A stretch of 17,404 nt of DNA from a virus. Positions 1 through 7,079 of the stretch are shown piece after piece; the stretch's first letter is position 1, and every line of letters begins with the position of its first letter. The notes beneath the pieces were generated by a model, which saw only the letters and a program-made list of their open reading frames with translations, did not search any database and was not told the DNA's origin. Where the stretch lies: the UHGV virus genome UHGV-2147075. One strand, written 5' to 3'. The position numbers and the translations under genes were made by a program.

Positions 1-1416
1 GTGAAACAAAGCACTATTGCACTGGCACTCTTACCGTTACTGTTTTCCCCTGTGACAAAAGCCCGGACACCAGAAATGCCTGTTCTGGAAAACCGGGCTG
101 CTCAGGGCGATATTACTGCACCCGGCGGTGCTCGCCGTTTAACGGGGGATCAGACCGCCGCTCTGCGTGATTCTCTTAGCGATAAACCTGCAAAAAATAT
201 TATTTTGCTGATTGGCGATGGGATGGGGGACTCGGAAATTACTGCTGCACGCAATTATGCCGAAGGTGCGGGCGGCTTTTTTAAAGGTATCGATGCCTTA
301 CCGCTTACCGGACAATACACACACTATGCGCTGAATAAAAAAACCGGCAAACCGGACTACGTCACCGACTCGGCTGCATCAGCAACCGCCTGGTCAACTG
401 GTGTCAAAACCTATAACGGCGCGCTGGGCGTCGATATTCACGAAAAAGATCACCCAACGATTCTGGAAATGGCAAAAGCCGCAGGTCTGGCGACCGGTAA
501 CGTTTCTACCGCAGAGTTGCAGGATGCTACGCCCGCTGCGCTGGTGGCGCATGTGACCTCGCGCAAATGCTACGGTCCGAGCGCGACCAGTGAAAAATGT
601 CCGGGTAACGCTCTGGAAAAAGGCGGAAAAGGATCGATTACCGAACAGCTGCTTAACGCCCGTGCCGATGTTACGCTTGGCGGCGGCGCAAAAACCTTTG
701 CTGAAACGGCAACCGCCGGTGAATGGCAGGGAAAAACGCTGCGTGAACAGGCACAGGCGCGTGGTTATCAGTTGGTGAGTGATGCTGCCTCACTGAATTC
801 GGTGACGGAAGCGAATCAGCAAAAACCCCTATTAGGACTGTTTGCTGACGGCAATATGCCAGTGCGCTGGCTAGGACCGAAAGCAACGTACCACGGCAAT
901 ATCGACAAGCCCGCAGTTACCTGTACGCCTAATCCGCAACGTAATGACAGCGTACCGACCCTGGCGCAGATGACCGACAAAGCCATTGAATTGTTGAGTA
1001 AAAATGAGAAAGGCTTTTTCCTGCAAGTTGAAGGTGCATCAATCGATAAACAGGATCACGCTGCGAATCCTTGTGGGCAAATTGGCGAGACGGTCGATCT
1101 CGATGAAGCCGTACAACGTGCGCTGGAATTCGCTAAAAAGGATGGCAACACGCTGGTCATAGTCACCGCTGATCACGCCCACGCCAGCCAGATTGTCGCG
1201 CCGGACACCAAAGCGCCGGGCCTCACCCAGGCGCTAAATACCAAAGATGGCGCAGTGATGGTGATGAGTTACGGGAACTCCGAAGAGGATTCACAAGAAC
1301 ATACCGGCAGTCAGTTGCGTATTGCAGCGTATGGCCCACATGCCGCCAATGTCGTTGGACTGACCGACCAGACCGATCTCTTCTACACCATGAAAGCCGC
1401 CCTGGGGCTGAAATAA
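1..1416 (+). CDS. phoA: alkaline phosphatase, periplasmic (complete; GTG start at window base 1)
   Basis: 471-codon ORF; translation recognisable as enterobacterial PhoA (signal peptide [15 protein letters not shown], catalytic-serine region [12 protein letters not shown], metal-ligand region TADHAHASQ); TAA stop at 1414-1416. Confidence 0.97.
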   Translation: MKQSTIALALLPLLFSPVTKARTPEMPVLENRAAQGDITAPGGARRLTGDQTAALRDSLSDKPAKNIILLIGDGMGDSEITAARNYAEGAGGFFKGIDALPLTGQYTHYALNKKTGKPDYVTDSAASATAWSTGVKTYNGALGVDIHEKDHPTILEMAKAAGLATGNVSTAELQDATPAALVAHVTSRKCYGPSATSEKCPGNALEKGGKGSITEQLLNARADVTLGGGAKTFAETATAGEWQGKTLREQAQARGYQLVSDAASLNSVTEANQQKPLLGLFADGNMPVRWLGPKATYHGNIDKPAVTCTPNPQRNDSVPTLAQMTDKAIELLSKNEKGFFLQVEGASIDKQDHAANPCGQIGETVDLDEAVQRALEFAKKDGNTLVIVTADHAHASQIVAPDTKAPGLTQALNTKDGAVMVMSYGNSEEDSQEHTGSQLRIAAYGPHAANVVGLTDQTDLFYTMKAALGLK

Positions 1417-1421
1417 AACCG

Positions 1422-1460
1422 CGCCCGGCGGTGAATTTTTGCTGTCGGGTGGTTTTTTTG
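1422..1460 (+). terminator. candidate intrinsic terminator downstream of phoA
   Basis: Imperfect stem CCCGGC (1424-1429) / GTCGGG (1444-1449, one G-U pair) followed by a T7 run at 1453-1459; the 14-nt loop is large, so tentative. Confidence 0.35.
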
Positions 1461-1534
1461 CTGTTAGCAACCAGACTTAATGGCAGATCACGGGCGCAAA
1501 CGCTCATGGTTAAAACATGAAGAGGGATGGTGCT

Positions 1535-1567
1535 ATGAAAATAACATTACTGGTTACCTTGCTTTTC
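1535..1567 (+). pseudogene. psiF: 5' fragment of phosphate-starvation-inducible psiF, disrupted by prophage insertion
   Basis: ATG at 1535 with RBS GAAGAGGGATGG upstream; encodes MKITLLVTLLF, which matches the PsiF N-terminus as I recall it; reading frame then runs into the phage terminus and stops at TGA 1568-1570. Confidence 0.8.
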
Positions 1568-1645
1568 TGATGCGCCGCGCGATAAACGCACTCTATCTTG
1601 TGCGATAAATGGCATCCACGCGGCGTTTCATTATTTGAAAAAGAA
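1568..1645. mobile_element. prophage right terminus (attR-like; candidate transposase-binding sites)
   Basis: Read toward the end, the terminus is ...CATTTATCGCACAAGATAGAGTGCGTTTATCGCGCGGCGCATCA-3'. Phage Mu right end as recalled is ...CATTTATCGTGAAACGCTTTCGCGTTTTTCGTGCGCCGCTTCA-3' (same CATTTATCG block at the same distance, same CG-rich terminal block, terminal CA). Only 78 bp separate the terminus from the invertase stop. Confidence 0.65.
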
Positions 1646-2218
1646 TTACATTTCAGGTTGCGTTATGACAGTCCCAACAGGGTGATAGCGGTAGATCGTT
1701 GACAGTCCAATATCATAGATAATTGCCAGCCGCTTTCTGTCATACCCTTTCTGGAGCAATCTTGCGATCTGCTCATGCTGCTCCTTCGTCAGTTTCGGGC
1801 GACGTCCTCCAACTCTTCCTTGTGCTCGCGCAGCAGCCAGTCCTGCCAGCGTGCGCTCAACTATCAGTTCACGCTCCATTTCTGCCAGTGCACCCATCAT
1901 ATGAAAAAAGAACCTTCCCATCGGAGTGCTGGTATCGATTGAATCCGTCAGACTGCGAAAATTGACACCTTTTGCGCGTAGCTCTTCTGTGAGAGCAATG
2001 AGGTGTTTCATTCTTCTACCCAACCGATCCAGCTTCCAGACCACCAATGTATCCCCTCTTTTAAGGCACTTTAAAGCGCGTTTCAGGCCTGGTCGTTCCG
2101 ACTTGGTTCCGCTCATTTTGTCCTCAAAAATCTGTTCACATCCTGCGCACATTAATGCATTGCGTTGCAAATCTGTGTTTTGGTCATTTGTTGACACACG
2201 TATGTAGCCAATCAGCAT
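1646..2218 (-). CDS. site-specific DNA invertase, serine recombinase of the Gin/Pin/Cin/Hin family
   Basis: 190 codons from ATG at 2216-2218 (the ORF track extends upstream to a non-start position); N-terminus MLIGYIRVSTNDQNTDLQ with catalytic Ser, C-terminal helix-turn-helix; strongly resembles Mu Gin / e14 Pin as recalled; RBS GGGAG 8 nt upstream. Confidence 0.95.
   Translation of the reverse strand: MLIGYIRVSTNDQNTDLQRNALMCAGCEQIFEDKMSGTKSERPGLKRALKCLKRGDTLVVWKLDRLGRRMKHLIALTEELRAKGVNFRSLTDSIDTSTPMGRFFFHMMGALAEMERELIVERTLAGLAAARAQGRVGGRRPKLTKEQHEQIARLLQKGYDRKRLAIIYDIGLSTIYRYHPVGTVITQPEM
2065..2125. promoter_or_regulatory. candidate Fis-dependent recombinational enhancer inside the invertase 5' coding region
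   Basis: Two 15-bp Fis-like sites with G and C at the ends and AT-rich centres: GGCACTTTAAAGCGC (2065-2079) and GCTCATTTTGTCCTC (2111-2125), centres 46 bp apart, at about +101 and +147 of the invertase gene. In Gin/Hin/Cin systems the enhancer sits at this position. Confidence 0.35.
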
Positions 2219-2231
2219 TAAAAATACTCCC

Positions 2232-2259
2232 TTTTGAGTGGTTAAAGTACTGAGATAAT
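2232..2259 (+). promoter_or_regulatory. candidate extended -10 promoter reading into the invertible segment
   Basis: TGAGATAAT at 2251-2259 (TG-n-GATAAT) with weak -35 TTTTGA at 2232-2237 (16-bp spacer); divergent from the invertase gene. Sequence-pattern call only. Confidence 0.3.
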
Positions 2260-2272
2260 GTGGGGAGGATTT

Positions 2273-2298
2273 GAGAGATAAACGTTGGTTTAGGAGAA
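2273..2298. other. left crossover site for the invertase (gix/pix-like, 26 bp)
   Basis: GAGAGATAAACG-TT-GGTTTAGGAGAA; the inner half-site is identical to that of the right site, outer halves differ, and sequence identity between the two inverted repeats begins exactly at the central dinucleotide (2285-2286). Half-sites fit the Gin/Hin pattern (..TAAACC). Confidence 0.6.
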
Positions 2299-2478
2299 GG
2301 CTCGGCGCTACCCGTTGGTGTGCCTGTTCCGTGGCCCACCGCCACACCGCCAGCAGGCTGGNNNNNNNNNNNNNNNNNNNNNNNNNNNNNNNNNNNNNNN
2401 NCTGGCCAGAGTCTACCCGACCCTCCGTCTTCCCGATTTACGCGGTGAGTTTATCCGTGGATGGGACGACGGGCGCAA
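2285..2478. repeat. left inverted repeat of the invertible segment (contains the N gap)
   Basis: Reverse-complement identical to 3698-3896 wherever sequence is present; mapping is x to 6181-x before the gap and x to 6176-x after it. Confidence 0.9.
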
Positions 2479-2797
2479 AGTTGATACAGGACGTAAGTTG
2501 CTGTCCGCACAAGGGGCAACGCTGTTAAGAACAGCAATGCTGGATTATTATAACCAGGACACTACGGGAACCTCGGGGATAGTCGGCATGGGATTCAACA
2601 ATGAAGATTCCATTACAGACCTTCGTGAGGGCAGCTTTAAAATGCCGGACGGGACAACATTCAGCAATCCTGTCATGGCAATGTCAGACAATGGTATGCA
2701 GGCTACTATTCTGACCTCTATCAGAAGCGGGTATGCGAAGGGTATCACTGTCAGACCCCGTAGCATTGCACTTAATTACATTGTGAGGGCAGTTTAA
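2287..2797 (+). CDS. alternative tail-fibre C-terminal cassette (no start codon; fused to the fibre gene only after inversion)
   Basis: Open frame from the crossover site to TAA at 2795-2797. The first ~65 codons are the inverted-repeat copy of the fibre constant/variable junction (...LGEGSALPVGVPVPWPTATPPAGW, gap, LARVYPTLRLPDLRGEFIRGWDDGRK), then a divergent variable end ...RPRSIALNYIVRAV. The frame is continuous only if the gap is 45 nt. Confidence 0.8.
2362..2401. other. assembly gap (40 N) inside the left inverted repeat
   Basis: Run of N; the intact right copy (3775-3819) is 45 nt across the same interval, so the gap is an arbitrary-length placeholder that is 5 nt short. Confidence 0.95.
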
Positions 2798-3411
2798 TGA
2801 GTAACACTGCAGTTCTGGATGAAAACGGTATCGCCACTGTAGCGGGCGATATCACTGTATATCACTATGACGAGGAAACCCGGGAATACACCTCATCCTC
2901 TGTGGAGTATCTCGCCCTTGGGGTGGGTACTCCGGCACATTCGTGCGCCGATGCACCGCCGGAGGCAATTTCGGGTTACGTGGTTTGTCGGACTGCCACG
3001 CTGAACGGGTGGGAGCATGTGCCTGATCACCGCGGCGAGACGGTATACAGCACGGAGAACGGTAACCCCGTTCTGATTACCCAACCGGGTGATTACCCGG
3101 CGGACACCACCACAAAACAGCCAGCCACGCCATGGGATACCTGGAACGGTGAGGCGTGGGTAACCGATACTGAACGGCAGCGAGCCGCAGAACTGGAGGT
3201 TGCCAGACAGCAACGCCAGCAACGGGTGAAACAGGCGATGGCGTCCGTCGATCTTATCAACCTCAAACTGCGTGCTGGTCGCAGTCTGACACCAGAAGAA
3301 ACGGCAAAACTGAACGCCGTGCTGGATTATATCGACGAGCTGAACGCACTGGATATCAGCACGGCACCTGAAATCAGCTGGCCGGAAGCGCCACTGGCAC
3401 TTGCCAGTTGA
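2797..3411 (+). CDS. tail fibre assembly chaperone (Tfa; Mu U / P2 G-like)
   Basis: 204 codons; ATG overlaps the cassette stop (TAATG); C-terminal region ...LNAVLDYIDELNALDISTAPEISWPEAP is typical of the conserved Tfa C-terminus; SD-like GAGGG upstream. Confidence 0.88.
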   Translation: MSNTAVLDENGIATVAGDITVYHYDEETREYTSSSVEYLALGVGTPAHSCADAPPEAISGYVVCRTATLNGWEHVPDHRGETVYSTENGNPVLITQPGDYPADTTTKQPATPWDTWNGEAWVTDTERQRAAELEVARQQRQQRVKQAMASVDLINLKLRAGRSLTPEETAKLNAVLDYIDELNALDISTAPEISWPEAPLALAS

Positions 3412-3417
3412 ACGGTA

Positions 3418-5010
3418 TCACGCCGCCCTCACGATATAGTTAAACGCGATATTGCGGGGGCGGGTTATGTTAAAGAATGCTCCGTTTAATACGGCTTTTG
3501 CGCGACTGTTTGTTCCACCCAGCATTGCGTACCACAAATAATCGCTACGGTAATTCCCCGCAAACACCTTATCGCCGCCATAGTCAATATTATTTCCGTT
3601 ACTCATGTACGAGATATCAAGCGAAGAATCGTTATCGTCATGACCGCCGACCAGTGTACCTTTCTGCCATGAAAGCAACTTACGCCCCTCGTCAATCTTG
3701 CGCCCGTCGTCCCATCCACGGATAAACTCACCGCGTAAATCGGGAAGACGGAGGGTCGGGTAGACTCTGGCCAGAACAGGATATTGTTCTTTGGTGAACG
3801 TAGCTCCGTTGCACTGTAACCAGCCTGCTGGCGGTGTGGCGGTGGGCCACGGAACAGGCACACCAACGGGTAGCGCCGAGCCTTCTCCTAAACCAAGGTA
3901 ATTGAGGACATCTTTTATACTGCCCTTAGCGATAATAGCGCGACCAATAGCTGTAAGGGTTGCCAGCGCTGCGCGGTCTGCTCCGGTAAAATAAGGCAAC
4001 CGATCTGCTGCAGTGGCAAGCCCTGCCAGAGCAGTGAGCGTGGCATCTGCCGGTTGTTTTCCGTTTGCCAGATCGTATGCAGCCTTGACCGCTTTCGGTG
4101 TGGCGGCCAGTATTTCAGACGTGCTGTTGATGGCACTGCTCAATTGTACGGTGCCTTTTGCCGTCAGCGAGGCAGCAGGCACTCCCGTTATCTGACTCCA
4201 CGGGTGAGTGTGGCTGACGGGCGCCTTGCCGGCTGCAAGGTCGTATGCAGCCTTGACCGCCTTCGGCGTGGCAGCCTCAGTTTCTGATTGACTGTCCGTG
4301 GCGCTGCTCAGTTGTACGGTGCCTTTTGCCGTCAGCGAGGCAGCAGGCACTCCCGTTATCTGACTCCACGGGTGAGTGTGGCTGACGGGGGCCTTGCCGG
4401 CAGCCAGGTCATATGCAGCCTTGACGGCCTTTGGTGTGGCGGCCAGCGTTTCAGAGGTGCTGTTGGTGGCACTGCTCAGTTGTACGATCCCTTTACGGGT
4501 CGTTGTTGCATCCTGGGCTGTGTATTTTCCCCGGGCCAGATCATACGCGATTTTCACAGCCTTCGGCGTGGCAGCCTCAGTTTCTGATTGACTGTCCGTG
4601 GCACTGCTCAGTTGTACGGTGCCTTTTGCCATCAGCGAGGCAGCAGGCACTCCCGTTATCTGACTCCACGGGTGAGTGTGGCTGACGGGTGCCTTGCCGG
4701 CTGCAAGGTCGTATGCAGCCTTGACGGCTTTTGGTGTGGCGGCCAGCGTTTCAGAGGTGCTGTTGGTGGCACTGCTCAGTTGGGTGAACCCCTTAGCTGT
4801 CAGTGTCGCGTCCGGGTGGTTACGGGAACGCACGTGTTCAGCCAGTGACTGTGCGGCTTCCTCCGTTTTCTTCTTCAGCCATTTCGTCCTGTTTGCCAGT
4901 TGCCGGGGGGCTCGATTTGATATCCCGTCAGCACCACCCAGAACCGGATCTGATGTCTCCAGTTGATAGATATTTTCTTCCCACTTTTCTGTTTCATTCA
5001 GGTTTCCCAT
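3418..5010 (-). CDS. tail fibre protein (constant part plus currently joined variable C-terminus)
   Basis: 530 codons from ATG at 5008-5010 (SD GGGAG upstream, 2 nt after the upstream gene stop; the TTG at 5016 used by the ORF track is less likely). Five tandem copies of a ~56-aa phage-fibre repeat (KG.VQLSSAT.S.SET.AATPKAVK.AYDLA); the gene crosses the right crossover site; C-terminus ...NITRPRNIAFNYIVRAA. Confidence 0.92.
   Translation of the reverse strand: MGNLNETEKWEENIYQLETSDPVLGGADGISNRAPRQLANRTKWLKKKTEEAAQSLAEHVRSRNHPDATLTAKGFTQLSSATNSTSETLAATPKAVKAAYDLAAGKAPVSHTHPWSQITGVPAASLMAKGTVQLSSATDSQSETEAATPKAVKIAYDLARGKYTAQDATTTRKGIVQLSSATNSTSETLAATPKAVKAAYDLAAGKAPVSHTHPWSQITGVPAASLTAKGTVQLSSATDSQSETEAATPKAVKAAYDLAAGKAPVSHTHPWSQITGVPAASLTAKGTVQLSSAINSTSEILAATPKAVKAAYDLANGKQPADATLTALAGLATAADRLPYFTGADRAALATLTAIGRAIIAKGSIKDVLNYLGLGEGSALPVGVPVPWPTATPPAGWLQCNGATFTKEQYPVLARVYPTLRLPDLRGEFIRGWDDGRKIDEGRKLLSWQKGTLVGGHDDNDSSLDISYMSNGNNIDYGGDKVFAGNYRSDYLWYAMLGGTNSRAKAVLNGAFFNITRPRNIAFNYIVRAA
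3698..3896. repeat. right inverted repeat of the invertible segment
   Basis: Reverse-complement identical to 2285-2478; similarity decays gradually inward past 3698. Confidence 0.9.
3883..3908. other. right crossover site for the invertase (gix/pix-like, 26 bp)
   Basis: TTCTCCTAAACC-AA-GGTAATTGAGGA; lies inside the fibre coding sequence (codons for ..LNYLGLGEG..); same core dinucleotide as the left site when both are read inside-out. Confidence 0.6.
4057..4797. repeat. coding tandem-repeat array inside the tail fibre gene
   Basis: Near-identical DNA blocks, e.g. CAGTTGTACGGTGCCTTTTGCCGTCAGCGAGGCAGCAGGCACTCCCGTTATCTGACTCCACGGGTGAGTGTGGCTGACGGG at about 4306 and 4606, with a further copy near 4141; corresponds to the 5 protein repeats. 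Confidence 0.85.
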
Positions 5011-5012
5011 AA

Positions 5013-5591
5013 TCAACTGCTCCCGTGGTTATAACTGCCATCATGGATGGCGGTATTGTTATAGCGAATAGCCACAGACTGATACTCCAGGCTGGCCAGA
5101 TGGCAGCGGGCCGGTGCAAATGCAGCGAGCGTCTGACGCAGCATCGCGGCCTGATCGTTAGTAATGGGCTGTTTCAGAATAACGCGATAAACCGCCCAGG
5201 CGGCTGCATCTCCATGAACAAACAGTCCGTTATAGCTGCGATTGCCGTCGTAACTGAGACGACCTGTGCCTTCAATCAGATCCACTTCACCAAAGCCAAA
5301 ACGGCGGATAACTTCCCGGATTGACCACGGCGTCCCTTTATACTGGTGTAGTTCGATGGCTGCTTTTATAAGCATGCGGCGAACATCGTCCGATTCCGCC
5401 AGCTCCCAGCCATCGCCGAACAGTGAGAACTGCTCTCCCAGCCATGGCAGCGCGGAACTGTCGACGATATCGACGAGATAGACCATCAGTACGCTCAGGT
5501 CGATGTTATCCAGCCGCCCGGCCAGTCTTCCCAGCGTTCTGAGGCTGATATCCCCCTCAAGCGGTGGCGGGAGTTGTAGCGGCTCAGCCAT
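5013..5591 (-). CDS. baseplate/tail protein, P2 gpI-like (Mu gp48-like)
   Basis: 192 codons, ATG at 5589-5591 overlapping the upstream stop; size, position between the J-like gene and the fibre, and a central motif (...ELHQYKGTPWSIREVIRRFGFG...) fit the tail-protein-I family. Confidence 0.8.
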   Translation of the reverse strand: MAEPLQLPPPLEGDISLRTLGRLAGRLDNIDLSVLMVYLVDIVDSSALPWLGEQFSLFGDGWELAESDDVRRMLIKAAIELHQYKGTPWSIREVIRRFGFGEVDLIEGTGRLSYDGNRSYNGLFVHGDAAAWAVYRVILKQPITNDQAAMLRQTLAAFAPARCHLASLEYQSVAIRYNNTAIHDGSYNHGSS

Positions 5592-6687
5592 CGGACACCC
5601 TGGTCATGTTAAGTGTGATCGCCGTACAGTTTGCCCATTCGTTTTCTGCCACCACCCGCAGTGCCGGTGTCACCAGCTCAACCTGGTACACCCCGGAAAC
5701 GGACAATGCACTGATAATCTGGCTGGGGACAATATCGCGCCCCAGCGTGGCGGCACGTGATGCCACCCAGTTCTGGATGGCACTGTTGGCGGCATCTTTT
5801 ACAGACCCGGCATCCTGATCACGATAGATCGTAATCCTGGCTTCAATGGCATAATCCACCTGCACAGGTGTTTTAGCCCGCACGGTATCAGTGAGCGGCC
5901 TGACTTTCTCATCAGAGCAGAAACTCTCTACCAGCGTGAGAACACCGCCGTCCGGCAGACCGGTACTGAGCAGCGGATACAGATCTACGGTGCCGGGAAC
6001 CGGGGAAAGCACAGCAACATCGACAATGTTGGGATGGGCCTGCATGGCATGAAAGCGGTATGCGCCACGGCTTCCGGCATTGGTGAATGACTCCGGGGCC
6101 AGTCTGATACGCTCCCGGAGCCTGTCATCGTCTTCCTGTTCTGAACCGCCGGAACTGGCCGTCAGATTGCTCACCAGCAGGTCGACGTTATCAATCTCAT
6201 CGAGTAACTGACTGACCTGCGCAGGTTGCCAGCCGTTACCAGCGGTACCGGGTTCGGTACAGGTGGCCGTGACATTGACCAGCAGCAATCCGGCCTTCAG
6301 TACCACATCTGTATCGGTGGCAAAAATAACGCTGTCGGAAGCGCTGACGCGGGTACCCGCCGGAATCAGCACGTCAATGGCCAGTGCCTCATCCACGGAG
6401 AACTGGAGCGTGGTGGTGGCAGGCTGCGCGGCAAGGCGGTAAACACCGACCAGTTCACCGAGGTAATCAATCATCGGCTCACGGGCAAAGGCGACCAGAT
6501 TCTGTTTGGCTATTTCCTGCGCCGCTACCCTGACCAGCATTTCGCGGTATGCCCACAGGTCAATCAACAGGCGCTCAGCCTGAGCGGGGTACAGCGTTTT
6601 GCCGGTTGCGGCTTCGTACTGTGCAATCATTTCAGCCGTGATTTTGTCGGCATCACGTTCAATAAAATCGGGTTCTGTCAGCGCCAT
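5584..6687 (-). CDS. baseplate protein, J-like (P2 gpJ / Mu gp47 family)
   Basis: 367 codons; ATG at 6685-6687; typical position and size; overlaps both neighbours. Confidence 0.85.
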   Translation of the reverse strand: MALTEPDFIERDADKITAEMIAQYEAATGKTLYPAQAERLLIDLWAYREMLVRVAAQEIAKQNLVAFAREPMIDYLGELVGVYRLAAQPATTTLQFSVDEALAIDVLIPAGTRVSASDSVIFATDTDVVLKAGLLLVNVTATCTEPGTAGNGWQPAQVSQLLDEIDNVDLLVSNLTASSGGSEQEDDDRLRERIRLAPESFTNAGSRGAYRFHAMQAHPNIVDVAVLSPVPGTVDLYPLLSTGLPDGGVLTLVESFCSDEKVRPLTDTVRAKTPVQVDYAIEARITIYRDQDAGSVKDAANSAIQNWVASRAATLGRDIVPSQIISALSVSGVYQVELVTPALRVVAENEWANCTAITLNMTRVSDG

Positions 6688-7025
6688 AGCAACTCCTGAG
6701 TCCGGGGCTGTCCGTCAGAGCCTTTCCAGCTCACCCGGAGCGTAAGATGTTCGCCGTCGACGGCGGGTTTAACCGACATAAGCTGGCAGCGAGGCTCCCA
6801 GCGCCGGATGGCATCGACAGATTCGCGCACCACATGAGGAATGGCCCGGTTTACAGGCCAGTCGATATAAAGATGCAGATTGCTGCCGAACTCTGGGCGA
6901 TGCGGGTCGCTGCCACGGGGAGTTCGCAGGATAATTTGAATCGCCTGCCAGATATCATCCAGCCCCCGGACAATTTCGCCGGGAGCCTGCAGGGCCGGTT
7001 GCCAGAATACGGAAGTTGTTTTCAT
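6678..7025 (-). CDS. baseplate protein, GPW/gp25-like
   Basis: 115 codons; motif ...IWQAIQIILRTPRGSDPHRPEFGSNLHLYID...AIRRWEPR is characteristic of the GPW/gp25 family. Confidence 0.85.
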   Translation of the reverse strand: MKTTSVFWQPALQAPGEIVRGLDDIWQAIQIILRTPRGSDPHRPEFGSNLHLYIDWPVNRAIPHVVRESVDAIRRWEPRCQLMSVKPAVDGEHLTLRVSWKGSDGQPRTQELLWR

Positions 7026-7026
7026 G

Positions 7027-7071
7027 GGGGCAGTATTGCCCCTGTGCGGGAACGCCGATATTAAAGGCGTT
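7027..7071 (-). promoter_or_regulatory. two adjacent RNA hairpins in the V-W intercistronic region
   Basis: On the mRNA strand: AACGCC-9 nt loop-GGCGTT (7051-7071), then GGGGCA-ATAC-TGCCCC (7027-7042) ending 1 nt before the W-like ATG; no unpaired SD for that gene. Confidence 0.3.
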
Positions 7072-7079
7072 TAAGAAGG

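Larger units (their letters stand above)
2287..3894. other. invertible tail-fibre host-range segment (G/P-segment analogue)
   Basis: Bounded by inverted crossover sites; carries two oppositely oriented fibre C-terminal cassettes and one tfa; adjacent to the invertase gene. Confidence 0.8.

Noticed and set aside
590-886. Short ORFs on both strands inside phoA (590-778 plus, 671-886 minus)
   Set aside because: Fully embedded in the phoA coding sequence; Arg/Pro-rich out-of-frame translations typical of spurious ORFs.
1223-1507. 94-codon minus-strand ORF spanning the phoA 3' end and its terminator
   Set aside because: Antisense to phoA and crosses the terminator region; no RBS.
1417-1534. Pho box or intact psiF promoter between phoA and psiF
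   Set aside because: I could not find a convincing CTGTCAT-type Pho box by eye; the region is left unannotated apart from the terminator candidate.
2271-2797. ORF-track ORFs 2271-2528 and 2315-2797 as separate genes
   Set aside because: They are frame artefacts of the 40-N gap. The real cassette frame starts at the crossover site (2287) and is continuous only with a 45-nt gap.
2893-3222. 109-codon minus-strand ORF inside tfa
   Set aside because: Antisense to a well-supported gene with a recognisable Tfa C-terminal domain; no independent support.
3477-4966. Multiple plus-strand ORFs (60-99 codons) antisense to the tail fibre gene
   Set aside because: They repeat with the fibre repeat period and are out-of-frame readings of the repeat array.
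2287-5010. Diversity-generating retroelement or retron acting on the fibre gene
   Set aside because: No reverse transcriptase ORF and no template/variable repeat pair with adenine-specific differences; variation is explained by site-specific inversion.
6226-6699. 157-codon plus-strand ORF antisense to the J-like gene
   Set aside because: Embedded antisense in a confidently assigned baseplate gene.
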